Assembly: GCA_965113315.1 (NCBI GenBank)
Contig: OZ220367.1
Direction: 5' to 3' (one strand)
Source: Podarcis vaucheri
Lineage: Eukaryota
Length of the DNA: 64,000 bases
Part shown: positions 53,447-62,994 of the stretch, piece after piece
How positions within the stretch are numbered: the stretch's first letter is position 1
Layout of the letters: every line of letters starts with the position of its first letter
Notes under the pieces: model-generated
Seen by the model: only the letters and a program-made list of their open reading frames with translations
The model's database searches: none
What the model was told of the DNA's origin: nothing
Program-made: the position numbers and the translations under genes

Positions 53447-55672
53447 ATACATACTTGCTTACATACTCCTGAAACTGCTGCTCCCGATTCATTAAACTCC
53501 CAGTCAGGCTAAAGTAACATCTACCAAATCAAAGAGGCAGGAACCCTCCTGCCAACCTAAACTGCACTTCAAAAATTTCTCCCACTTTACAGGAAACAGA
53601 CAAGACCCATATTCTGGCACATGGAACATAAATTTATTCTACCTTCCCACATCAGATTTGAAGTTTAAAGGTAAAGTTTAAATGCATCTGTTTACAATGC
53701 ATTTCCTATTCTACGTTGGTTTTCTACAAGAGGCTACTTAATACCCACATGGCATGCAAAACTGCCTGGCTGTGAATGAAAAAGGACTATGGTAGAATTG
53801 CACAATTGCACAGGGACTGCTGTGCTCTGCTGCCCAGGAGGACTCTCCTGTGTGAGTGTCTGAGGGCCCTGCTCCTTCCTGCTACTTACCATCCGGCCCA
53901 GGGCGGGGCCTGAAGCCTCACAAGGACTGCTATGCTCTGCTGCCCAGGAGGACTCACAGGGTCAGGGCCAGGGCGGGAGAGTGCTAGAGTCCTGTCTAGT
54001 CAAGTTGCGTGGGATCAATTCCAACCTGTTACCTCCGAGAATGTGAACAGGCTGCTTGGACGAGTGAAGCCAACCACCTATCTTCTGGATCCTTGCCCAT
54101 CCTGGCTTATAAAAGCTAGCCGGGAAGGACTGGGCGATGGGCTTCGTGGGGTGGTGAATGCTTCCCTCCGTGAGGGAGCCTTCCCAGACCCGCTGAAAGA
54201 GGCGGTTATTAAACCGCTTCTTAAGAAACCATCTTTAGATGCGGCCACGATGGCCAATTATCGCCCAGTCTCAAATCTTCCATTCTTGGGCAAGGTGATT
54301 GAGCGAGTGGTTGCTGAACAACTTCAGGCACGCCTGGAAGAAGCGGACCATTTGGATCCCTTCCAGTCGGGATTCAGGCCTCATCATGGGACTGAAACTG
54401 CCTTGGTCGCACTGGTTGATGATCTCCGGCGGGCTAGGGACAAAGGTGAGAGCTGTTTCCTAGTTCTGCTGGATCTCTCAGCGGCTTTTGATACCATCGA
54501 CCATAACATCCTTCTGGACCGTCTTGAGGGGCTGGGAGCTGGGGGCACTGTCATACAGTGGTTCCGCTCCTTCCTCCTGGGCCGTGTTCAGAAAGTGGTG
54601 GTGGGGGATGAGTGTTCAGACCCCTGGGCTCTCACTTGTGGGGTGCCTCAGGGTTCTGTCCTCTCCCCCATGCTTTTCAACATTTACATGCGGCCACTGG
54701 GAGAGATCATCAGGAGGTTTGGGCTTGGTGTTCATCAGTATGCGGATGATACCCAGCTCTACCTCTCTTTTAAATCAGAACCAGTGAAGGCGGTGAAGGT
54801 CCTGTGTGAGTGTCTGGAGGCGGTTGGAGGATGGATGGCGGCTAACAGATTGAGGTTGAATCCTGACAAGACAGAAGTACTGTTTTTGGGGGACAGGAGG
54901 CGGGCAGGTGTGGAGGATTACCTGGTCCTGAATGGGGTAACTGTGCCCCTGAAGGACCAGGTGCGCAGCCTGGGAGTCATTTTGGACTCACAGCTGTCCA
55001 TGGAGGCACAGGTCAAATCTGTATCCAGGGCAGCTGTTTACCAGCTCCATCTGGTACGTAGGCTGAGACCCTATCTGCCTACAGACTGTCTCGCCAGAGT
55101 GGTGCATGCTCTGGTTATCTCCCGCTTAGACTACTGCAATGCGCTCTACGTGGGGCTACCTTTGAAGGTGACTGGGAAACTACAACTAATCCAGAATGCG
55201 GCAGCTAGACTGGTGACTGGGAGCGGCCGCTGAGACCATATAACACCAGTCTTGAAAGACCTACATTGGCTCCCAGTACGTTTCCAAACACAATTCAAAG
55301 TGTTGGTGCTGACCTTTAAAGCCCTAAATGGCCTCGGTCCAGTGTATCTGAAGGTGCGTCTCCACCCCCATCGTTCTGCCCGGACACTGAGGTCCAGCGC
55401 TGAGGGCCTTCTGGCGGTTCCCTCACTGCGAGAGGCCAAGTTACAGGGAACCAGGCAGAGGGCCTTTTCGGTAGTGGCACCCGCCCTGTGGAATGCCCTC
55501 CCATCAGATATCAAAGCGATAAACAACTAACTGACATTCAGAAGACATCTGAAGGTAGTCCTGTTCAGGGAAGTTTTTAATATGTGACACTTTAGTGTAT
55601 TTTTCATCTTTGTTGGAAGCCGCCCAGAGTGGCTGGGGAAACCCAGCCAGATGGGCGGGGTACAAATAATAA

Positions 55673-55717
<45 letters not shown>

Positions 55718-58700
55718 GGAACAGTAAAATGCCTTCTACAACCCCCAAGTTCAGAAGCCATCTCAAGAAGAGAGCACAGAAGCATATCCATCTCAGACCA
55801 TTAGAGACATAGAAGAGCTCCCTGGTCTGGAATACATTTTGGAGTTTTGCGTAGGAAAGAACTGCAATGTGACATTGGTTACTATGGTAACTAGCAAAAT
55901 ATCAAGCTGAATTCATAACGGCTCCTTGTTTAAACAGCTGGCCCTCATATTTCAATGTAATTCTAGGAAGCTACAGATTTAGAGCTTCTGATGAAGTCCT
56001 TGATATGTAGGTTAGTGATCAGTACAAGTACAAAAACAAACAACACCATACAATTGGGTGTTAATCCAAGCGGGAAGGTGAGATGAGCTACAGGAACCAC
56101 CATAATAAGAAATGAAAATGCAGTTGGATAAAATATTGAAATTAAGAGTGATGCTAAGAACATGTCCAGATATTATTAATCTACATTGACATTTCTTAAA
56201 AGTTTGGTTTCTGTAACTCATTTTTTTCTTTTCTTATTACATCTGTAGTTCTTACCTACATGTTTGGCTCTCACTCAGTTTATAAATGCACAAAATTCAA
56301 ATACAGATCTTAAGCGTGAAACACACACACCCAAACACTAAAGCATTTAAACTTTTACCAAACCAATACAAGAGCCAGTTGTCAAAAACTGACATAATAT
56401 TACATTTATCAAGCTTTATCATGCCTATTTTTATAATAGTTTTGAAATGAGAAAAACATACACCAATATAATTTTAATACGCTTTGTGAGCCCATCATAC
56501 CTTCAAGCTTTTGGCAAGTTCTTGAATCATAGAATTGGAAGGGACCATGAGGGTCATGCAGTCCAACCCCCTGCAATGCAGGAAACTTTTGCCCAACGTG
56601 GGGCTTGAAGTCATGACCCTGAAATTAAGAGTCTCATGCTCTACCAACTAAGCCATCTGGCTAAGATGTAACAGAAGTTTTGACATGACCAAGAACATCT
56701 AGTTTATGAAGAATGGACGTTTAACCATCAGGATTTATGTGCAGAATATTATATGATTATTCCAGCAGTGATTTTAACCAGAACACAGAGGTACACCGCT
56801 CAAAATAATCATAAGCAGTTCCACACATACCTCTGCAAAAGCAGGAATTTTATGATGTTATAAATCACTGAGCAACTTCTCGCTCCCACCATTTCAATTC
56901 TCCAGAATGCAACGTAGTGTAGCTAGTGTGGTTCCATCCAGATGTTGTTAGACTGCAACTCCCATCATCCCTGGCCATTGGTCATGCTGGCTGGGGCTGA
57001 TGGAAACTAGAGTCCAACAACATCTGGAAGGCACTACGCTGGCTACTGTTTAAGGCTAGAGAGCACAAACACTTGAGTGTACTGCAGTAAAAAGGAAAGC
57101 AGAAAATGTATCCATGTTTGCATGTGCTTACAAATCAATTTAAATACTAAGAACACCAACATGAGGCTACTTGGAAGATACTAATTGTGTGACATCTCTT
57201 TCAATGATGGGCCCAAATTTAAACAAAATGCTGGTTCCCATAAGAGCAGTCACCTTCAAAGGGTTTCAAGCTGCCTAGTTCCATGTTTAAAGGGTTCATA
57301 ACCTGCGCAGCGGGTGGCGCTGTGGGCTAAAGCCTCAACGCCTAGGGCTTGCCGATCGAAAGGTCGGCGGTTCGAATCCCCGCGGCGGGGTGCGCTCCCG
57401 CTGCTCGGTCCCAGCGCCTGCCCACCTAGCAGTTCGAAAGCACCCCCGGGGGCAAGTAGATAAATAGGTACCGCTTACCAGCGGGAAGGTAAACGGCGTT
57501 CTGTGTGCGGCTCTGGCTCGCCAGAGCAGCATTGTCACGCTGGCCACGTGACCCGGAAGTGTCCCCGGACAGCGCTGGCCCCCGGCCAATAGATGTGAGA
57601 TGGGCGCACAAACCCCAGAGTCTGTCAAGACTGGCCCGTTCGGGCAGGGGTACCTTTACCTTTACCTAACCTGCGCAGCACCCTTTATGTAAGCAGCTAG
57701 TACATATGTGTACATCTTCCCTGATGGACACAAATCAGTAGCACGCAAGTGCCACATGGATAAGGGCTAGAAAATAATTTAAATGATTCTTAAACATTGA
57801 AATCAGGCTAGGCACATGGAACTCTGGATGAGCAAATGCTTTGCACACACCCAATCTCATGCTTTATATAAGCCCTTTCAAATATGTAAATGCTGCCTCA
57901 AACAATGTTTGAAAGAGATGCACATAGAGGCAGGGAAGCATGGCTAACAAGTGGCAAGAGAAATAATAAGTTTAAAAATAATCTAAAGGTGCACTAGAGA
58001 GCACCAAGCCAGGGCCACAGAAACTATCTGACAATATCACTTTCTCACATATGATTCCGAGGTGATAAAAATGCAACCTTATAGCCATAGCTTTTCATCA
58101 CTGCTTTATTAATTTTATTTCCTTACATTTATTTCCTGCCTCTCTTCTGCCACGGAACTCAAGGCAGCGAACATGTGGTCCTGAGGTGGTCCCCCATCTA
58201 GGCACTGACCAGACCTAGACCTGCTTAGCTTCAGCAAGGTGGTAGACTTATGTGCCTTCAGACCACACCTTGAGACACAAAAAGAGCACAGACATAGGAG
58301 GCTGCCTTATACCAAGTCAGACTTTTAGTCCACGTAGCTCTGAATTGCCTACTACACTGCCTGGCAGCGGTTCCCAGGGGTTTTTGTAATAATCCTTATT
58401 GCATTTGCCCTAAAAACAATGATAATTATCAGTGGTGAAGCACATTGGTAATGCTGGTAATAGAACCAGAGCTAAAAGAATTGCATGTTGTAGAAACAGC
58501 TTGCAGACTTCCAAGAAAGCTTAATACAGACTCCGCTTATTAACCAATCTACTAATTTCCTGCTGGGCAAACAGACTAGATTGTTCCTAAGGGAGAAGCA
58601 GTATGCATGTTTCAACTTTTGTTTAACTTTCTATGTTATCAACATGATGATTCTAGCAAAAGCCCCTCCCCTCCTTCTTGTTCTTTTGTAAAATCAAGTG

Positions 58701-61601
58701 ATTACTACTAACCTTCTTTTAATGGGCAGCAGAAGTGGTTCAAAAAGTCTAATTTGTATTCAGCAAATATTTGTATTCAGGCTCCCTCTGCTTGCGGAGA
58801 GTTGCCTGCATGCTGAAGCCTGCTCGCGCTGAGCTCAGCGCGTCCAGACCTCTCTGCAAGCAGCGGGAGCCAGCGCTGGGCTCCCACAGCTTGCAGAGAG
58901 CTGCCTGTTTGGGGGCTGGGGTCGGGGGAAGCTCGGGCTTCCCCCGCCCCAGCCCCACGCCTGGGGGGGAAAATATTTTTTCCCCCTTTATTTCCCCCCC
59001 AAAAAACTAGGTGCGCCTTATGGGACGGTGTGTCCTATAGGGCGAAAAATACGGTAGGTTTGTGAGACTTTTAAAATATATAAACGTAAATATGTGGTGT
59101 TACACTATGACACTTTCATTATAAAAGGATTCAGATCATACTGTAGTAAATTCTAAGCCTTGAAGAATTAGAATTAACAAATTATTTTTACTCAGGGGAG
59201 TAGTACTCACACGTGGAACGGCATAAGGAGAAATGTTAGAACTATGTGTTGGGTTGAAATAATCTCTTCACTATGAAACACTAAAGATTAGAGTACTAGT
59301 TCAAGTGACTTTTTCTTTAGCAGTAAATTCCATGTTCTCATTTAAAAAAGAATTGCAACATACACACAAGCCTAACCTGTTCTTTTCTTCCAAGGTTTTA
59401 AGAGGCAGCATCCTATATTGAAGCCATGTGGGCAAAATAAGAAACCTAAAAAATAGAAAAGAATGCTAAGAAACAGCAGCAAAATATACTTGCCTCTGTT
59501 GCTATGGATGTGAAGTTGCTAGTAAACCTGACGTGTTTTGCAAGAGCCTCCCTACTTGTATGAATCTCCTCCAGGTCAAGATGATATTCCGGCACTGCTC
59601 CCACTAGCACAATAAGCATAGATTGAAAGGCCACAAACACCTTAAAAGCAAAACAAGGAGAGTTTATTTAGAGCGATCAGTCAGATAAATAAATACACAT
59701 GCCAGGTCCCAACACTCAGTCATGCTCTGGTGTGACCAAGAAACAGAACCCAGTATAGAGTTGTACAGACAGAAAAAAATTGAATTTAGCTTCTACACCT
59801 ATTGCATCTAGGCCTTTTTACTGCCTGCCATACATATGATTGGTTGCTATTTCATTTTTATGGAACCAAGTAAAGCACTGTACTTGAGACCACTGTTTCT
59901 GTAAAGGCAAGATCTGATGCTTGCTGGACTTTCTCTCACTGACAAGAATCCTGCAATGGGTTTTATTGTGTAGCTGACCACACAGACAGTATGCAATAAT
60001 CTTCTACTTCACAAACAAACTGGCCATCAAAACAATTAGCACCTTCCAAATGTTCGTACAAAGGCATTCCAACAACAAAAAAGAGAAGACTAATTATTTG
60101 CCACTGAGTGAATCTACAGCCCCATGCACATGGAGTTTGTCCCACTGGACTTAGCTTATGCCTAAGATCACACAGTTTGAAATGCCTGGCAATTTAAAAC
60201 CAGTAGGGTATGGTAAAATCTCCTGTTCTATCTATTCTTAAGGACGGGGTGGGATTTGGGGGTCTTGAAAATCTTCCTTAGTAATATACTTTTTATTATA
60301 TTCAATGGTGTGAATTTTCCATTATCATATTCAACAGCTCTTTAATCAGTGTTTAAATCACATCTCCTTTTCCACATATTATTTTTTGTGGCCTTTAACA
60401 ACAGTGGAACTCAAAGCAATCATACAGCAAGCCCACAACTTACACTCTTTCCTAAATTACGTAGTTAAAACCCATTGGGTTCCAATGGTGGATGGGATTG
60501 CCAAAGTCATTTTCCTGGAACCTCGTCTCCCTCTGCTCCTTTTAATTTTTTTTGCCACATGCCTGAAGCTGAATGCACACAAGTTAAATGAATGTAAATT
60601 GTGGGCTTACTGTATCTAGAGTAGCCCAGCATACATCCACTAATCAGAACCAGAACATAACATTTGTGCCAAGGTAATAACCATGTTATTAATATTACCT
60701 TGAACACCATTACAACTTGGGAATGATAAACTAGAAATGCCATCTTCAAAAGATTTTATTTTTAAATCTGTATACCACCCTTCATACACATATTTCAGGG
60801 AAGTTCACAACATAAAAACACAAGATACAAACAATAAGTGACTTCAAAATCTTAAGGAGCACTTTTCAGGGGGTGGGGAGTGAGTTGGTCCATTAGGGGG
60901 GGGGATAGGTCATCAGCCATTTCTTCTCCGCAAGATATCTCTCATGGCTGCGGAGGTTTAGGACCAATGCTTTCCTTCTCCAAACGGGCTACTTTCTCAG
61001 GCTGAGAAGCCTCTCCGCAGCATGTGCAGAGCATGAGAATCTGAACCTCAGGGTTGTGGGTCGGAGCCCCACGTGGGGCAGGAGGTTGGACTAGATGTCC
61101 CTCATGGTCCCCTCTACAATTCTATGGAATATTCCACAGGGGGGTCTCTCCCCTCTCCACACACCCAGCGCCCCGGAGGGCGAGTCTCGCTGGTGAGGTG
61201 CTTCCAAAGGAAGCAGCATCCTTCTCACCAACAGCTGCGTTGCAGGAACAAGCGACGTCGCTCCCCTCAAAGCCTCCCCCCCCAACTCAGCATCCTCCCT
61301 CGGGAGGCGCCACCAACCTCCACGAGGCAGCGCAGCCGCTTCCTGCCTGCCCCGCGCCCAGGTCCACGTAGCGCCCCGGCTGTTGCCTTGGCAACGCGCG
61401 CCGCGCGCCACCGCGTGACAAAGGGGCTGAGGCGGAGGGAATTATGGGGGCAACTGCCATCTGGCCGGGCGGGGAGGGGGGAGGAGGAGCCGGGCGGGCC
61501 CCGCGCGTCGCCCCCACCTGCAGCAGCACCAGGAACGCGGTGAGGCGCCTCTGCCTGGGGCCGAACTCCCCCACCAAGCCGAAGGCCTCGTCCAAGTCCA
61601 T
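41589..61601 (-). CDS. SLC22A15: SLC22A15-like solute carrier (MFS/SLC22 organic cation-zwitterion transporter), 11 coding exons, 486 aa
   Basis: Exons joined by hand: 61518-61601, 59494-59640, 53122-53254, 51013-51177, 47604-47733, 46293-46514, 45100-45240, 44849-44937, 44438-44546, 42385-42457, 41589-41756. Total 1461 nt with all phases compatible. SLC22 motifs [31 protein letters not shown] are present, and the sequence is collinear with human SLC22A15 as I recall it. Divergence suggests a paralog rather than the 1:1 ortholog. Confidence 0.9.
41937..41978. repeat. (ATT)n microsatellite
   Basis: Seen directly. Confidence 0.95.
42385..42457 (-). CDS. SLC22A15: SLC22A15-like exon 10 ([25 protein letters not shown])
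   Basis: aaacag|A ... CTG|gtaagt; 73 nt; not in the ORF track, translated by hand. Confidence 0.92.
42832..43152 (-). mobile_element. Sauria SINE (second subfamily, 5' end truncated)
   Basis: Shares diagnostic sequence (cggtacccctgcccgta, gcgctgtccgg) with the copy at 57312. Confidence 0.85.
43234..43446. mobile_element. hAT-type non-autonomous transposon
   Basis: CAGGG...CCCTG ends; 8-bp TSD gcttatgc at 43226-43233 and 43447-43454. Confidence 0.85.
43906..44131. mobile_element. MITE family A
   Basis: TIR CAGTGGTACCTCGGGTT; TA TSD. Confidence 0.9.
44438..44546 (-). CDS. SLC22A15: SLC22A15-like exon 9 (GFLFSPS...ELYPTVV)
   Basis: ttttag|GA ... GAG|gtaaac; 109 nt; ELYPT motif. Confidence 0.93.
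44849..44937 (-). CDS. SLC22A15: SLC22A15-like exon 8 (WSGRRKSTT...LPENRA)
   Basis: ctttag|G ... CTG|gtgagt; 89 nt; GRR motif. Confidence 0.92.
45100..45240 (-). CDS. SLC22A15: SLC22A15-like exon 7 ([13 protein letters not shown]...EKS)
   Basis: atttag|G ... TG|gtaag; 141 nt. Confidence 0.93.
46293..46514 (-). CDS. SLC22A15: SLC22A15-like exon 6 ([10 protein letters not shown]...ILMYI)
   Basis: ttacag|C ... TG|gtaatt; 222 nt; PESPRWL motif. Confidence 0.93.
46800..46917 (+). mobile_element. Family C transposon, left end only
   Basis: TA followed by ccgtagttttcgccctataggacgcac; collinear with the left half of 34279-34537. Confidence 0.75.
46918..47183 (+). mobile_element. Squam3-type (MIR/Ther1-derived) SINE
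   Basis: tRNA head with A and B boxes, core gtgaccttgggc, (CTT)n tail. Confidence 0.85.
47604..47733 (-). CDS. SLC22A15: SLC22A15-like exon 5 ([11 protein letters not shown]...REWRLL...LLLS)
   Basis: ttttcag|GC ... TT|gtaagt; 130 nt. Confidence 0.92.
47806..48034. mobile_element. Mariner-like MITE
   Basis: Imperfect ~27-bp TIR agggtgacccaaaagtaggtatac / gtatacctccttttgggccaccctg. Confidence 0.65.
48285..48699 (+). mobile_element. Probable solo LTR
   Basis: About 415 bp; TATATAAG at 48471; ends ...CTACA; TSD not resolved. Confidence 0.45.
49051..49300 (-). mobile_element. Squam3-type SINE
   Basis: Reverse-complement relative of 46918-47183. Confidence 0.85.
49794..50237 (-). mobile_element. 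Possible solo LTR
   Basis: TGTCA...TGACA termini; TATAAA on the minus strand near 49924; no clean TSD. Confidence 0.35.
51013..51177 (-). CDS. SLC22A15: SLC22A15-like exon 4 (GLFLDVIFG...[11 protein letters not shown])
   Basis: tgtgcag|GT ... ACAG|gtaag; 165 nt. Confidence 0.93.
52634..52956. mobile_element. MITE family B (long copy with internal AGCCGCTAA tandem repeats)
   Basis: Same TIRs as 728-907; TA flanks. Confidence 0.85.
53122..53254 (-). CDS. SLC22A15: SLC22A15-like exon 3 ([10 protein letters not shown]...[12 protein letters not shown])
   Basis: taacag|TGG ... ACAG|gtaag; 133 nt; MFS motif A ([10 protein letters not shown]). Confidence 0.93.
53413..53446. repeat. (TTGC)n microsatellite
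   Basis: Seen directly. Confidence 0.9.
53960..55716 (+). mobile_element. 5'-truncated young L2-clade LINE, antisense in intron 2
   Basis: 433-aa RT ORF ([33 protein letters not shown]); TGA at 55231-55233 with the frame continuing to 55530; 3'UTR and (ATT)n tail. Confidence 0.92.
56526..56660 (-). mobile_element. tRNA-Lys(CTT)-derived short SINE with CR1 tail (POMSINE-like)
   Basis: Minus strand reads ggcttagttggtagagcatgagactcttaatttcagggtc...ccccacgttgggc, then a CR1 3' end. Confidence 0.75.
57312..57666 (+). mobile_element. Sauria SINE (young, CpG-rich)
   Basis: A box tggcgctgtgg, B box ggttcgaatcc, (TTTACC)n tail; TSD taacctgcgcagc at 57299-57311 and 57667-57679. Confidence 0.93.
58105..58275 (-). 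mobile_element. 5S rRNA-derived SINE-like element
   Basis: ggtggtcccccatctaggcactgaccagacctagacctgcttagcttc aligns by eye with antisense 5S rRNA (internal control region); (TAAA)-type tail. Confidence 0.6.
58770..59054 (+). mobile_element. Family C transposon, right end only
   Basis: ...gtgtgtcctatagggcgaaaaatacgg followed by TA; collinear with the right half of 34279-34537. Confidence 0.75.
59494..59640 (-). CDS. SLC22A15: SLC22A15-like exon 2 (VFVAFQSM...FTSIATE)
   Basis: Acceptor ttttaag|GTG; 147 nt; ends at non-canonical donor GAG|gcaagt. Confidence 0.85.
61027..61130 (+). mobile_element. Degenerate tRNA-Lys/CR1-tail SINE
   Basis: agagcatgaga...ctcagggttgtgggtcggagccccacgt followed by ggttggactagatg. 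Confidence 0.6.
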
Positions 61602-62010
61602 GGCTCCGCCGGGCCTCTCCGAAGCATCCCCGTCAGAGAGAGCGAGCGAGCGCCGCAGGGCCTCGAGCGCTCCTGCGCTAGGCGGTCGCCGCCGCCGCCG
61701 TCCAAAGGTGGTGAGGTGGCCGAAGTGTGGGGGAGGGAGGGAAGAGGGAAGCGGTTCCTAAGCGACCTCTAGCGGCGGTTGCTGACAGGACAATGGCGAG
61801 GCGTTTGGGGGGCGGGGCTAGGACGCCGCCACTCTCAGCCCCACCCCGCCCCTTTTCTCCCCGATTCAGCCGTAAGGATCAAAGTAGGCAGGAGCGAGGG
61901 GGAGTGGCCTGAGTGCGCAAGGGTTTCTGGGACAAAAGGGTGCTAATGGGACGGCGCCTGCGCGGAATTCGTTTCTCTTGTCAGCCTCTTCCTGAAGCGT
62001 GTTCATTCGA
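61250..62010. promoter_or_regulatory. CpG island / promoter of the SLC22A15-like gene
   Basis: Sharp rise in GC and CpG around exon 1; GC box GGGGCGGGGC at 61809-61818; NRF1-like GCGCCTGCGC at 61954-61963; RFX X-box-like GTTGCCTTGGCAAC at 61382-61395. Confidence 0.8.
61518..61601 (-). CDS. SLC22A15: SLC22A15-like exon 1 ([28 protein letters not shown])
   Basis: Kozak gccATGg; SLC22 N-terminal VGEFG motif; donor CAG|gtgggg; 84 nt, phase 0. Confidence 0.9.
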
Positions 62011-62383
62011 AGCGGGTCCCATGGAGTTCACGTGTTCATTTGTAAAGTGCGCACACAAAAGAGGACCTGGCTTATAGCTTTAACATCTATTTTGAATAAA
62101 TCCTAAAGGAAAAATAATAAGACTTAGTTCTAGGAACTCCCATGTATAGATGCAAAATTAGAAATATTATCACTCCATATGGATGTACACATGCATTTGC
62201 TGCTCTGGGGAACATGCTGTTTAATTTTCAATTTGGAAAATTAATCTAAGAGCAAATGAACTCCCATGCAAAAGACACTAGAAGCCATAGGAAGCAGCTG
62301 CTGGGCAGGGAACAGGGGGCCAATCACTAGACTGCAGTTGTTGTCATCCCCCTCTCTCATGCACAATTTGAAGTGAAACAATA

Positions 62384-62591
62384 CAGTGGTACCTCGGGTT
62401 ACATATGCTTCAGGTTACAGATTCTGCAAACCCAGAAATATTACCTCGGGTTAAGAACTTTGCTTCAGGATGAGAACAGAAATCGTGCAGCATCGGCCCC
62501 ATTAGCTAAAGTGATGCTTAAGGTTAAAAAAAGTTTCAGGTTAAGAACAGACCTCCAGAACGAATTAAGTTCTTAATCCGAGGTACCACTG
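62384..62591. mobile_element. MITE family A (opposite orientation)
   Basis: TIR CAGTGGTACCTCGG; TA TSD. Confidence 0.88.
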
Positions 62592-62683
62592 TATTTCATT
62601 GTAACCATTTTACTAGTAAGTGTGCATAAGGATAGTAGTATAAGGCAACCTAACATATAGCTGTTTTCGTGTACGCTCTAAAT

Positions 62684-62994
62684 CAGGAGTCAGCAAACTT
62701 TTTCAGCAGGGGGCCGGTCCACTGTCCTTCAGACCTTGTGGGGGGCCGGACTATATTTTTTTGGGGGGTGAACAAATTCCTGTGCCCCACAAATAACCCA
62801 GAGATGCATTTTAAATAAAAGGACACATTCTACTTATGTAAAAACACCAGGCAGGCCCCACAAATAACCCAGAGATGCATTTTAAAGAAAAAGACACATT
62901 CTACTCATGTAAAAACACGCTGACTGTCCGTGGGCCGGATTTAGAAGGCAATTGGGCCAGATCCAGCGCCCGGGTCTTAGTTTGCCTACCCATG
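62684..62994. mobile_element. hAT-type non-autonomous transposon with an internal ~70-bp tandem duplication
   Basis: Ends caggagtcagcaaact ... agtttgcctacccatg; gccccacaaataacccagagatgcatttt occurs twice. Confidence 0.65.

Noticed and set aside
56590-56660. tRNA-Lys(CTT) gene
   Set aside because: The stems and T-loop are degenerate and the sequence is fused to a CR1 tail, so it is a SINE head.
61054-61912. Several overlapping Pro/Arg/Gly-rich ORFs
   Set aside because: Expected in a GC-rich island with few stop codons. Only the first 28 codons of 61287-61601 are supported as coding.
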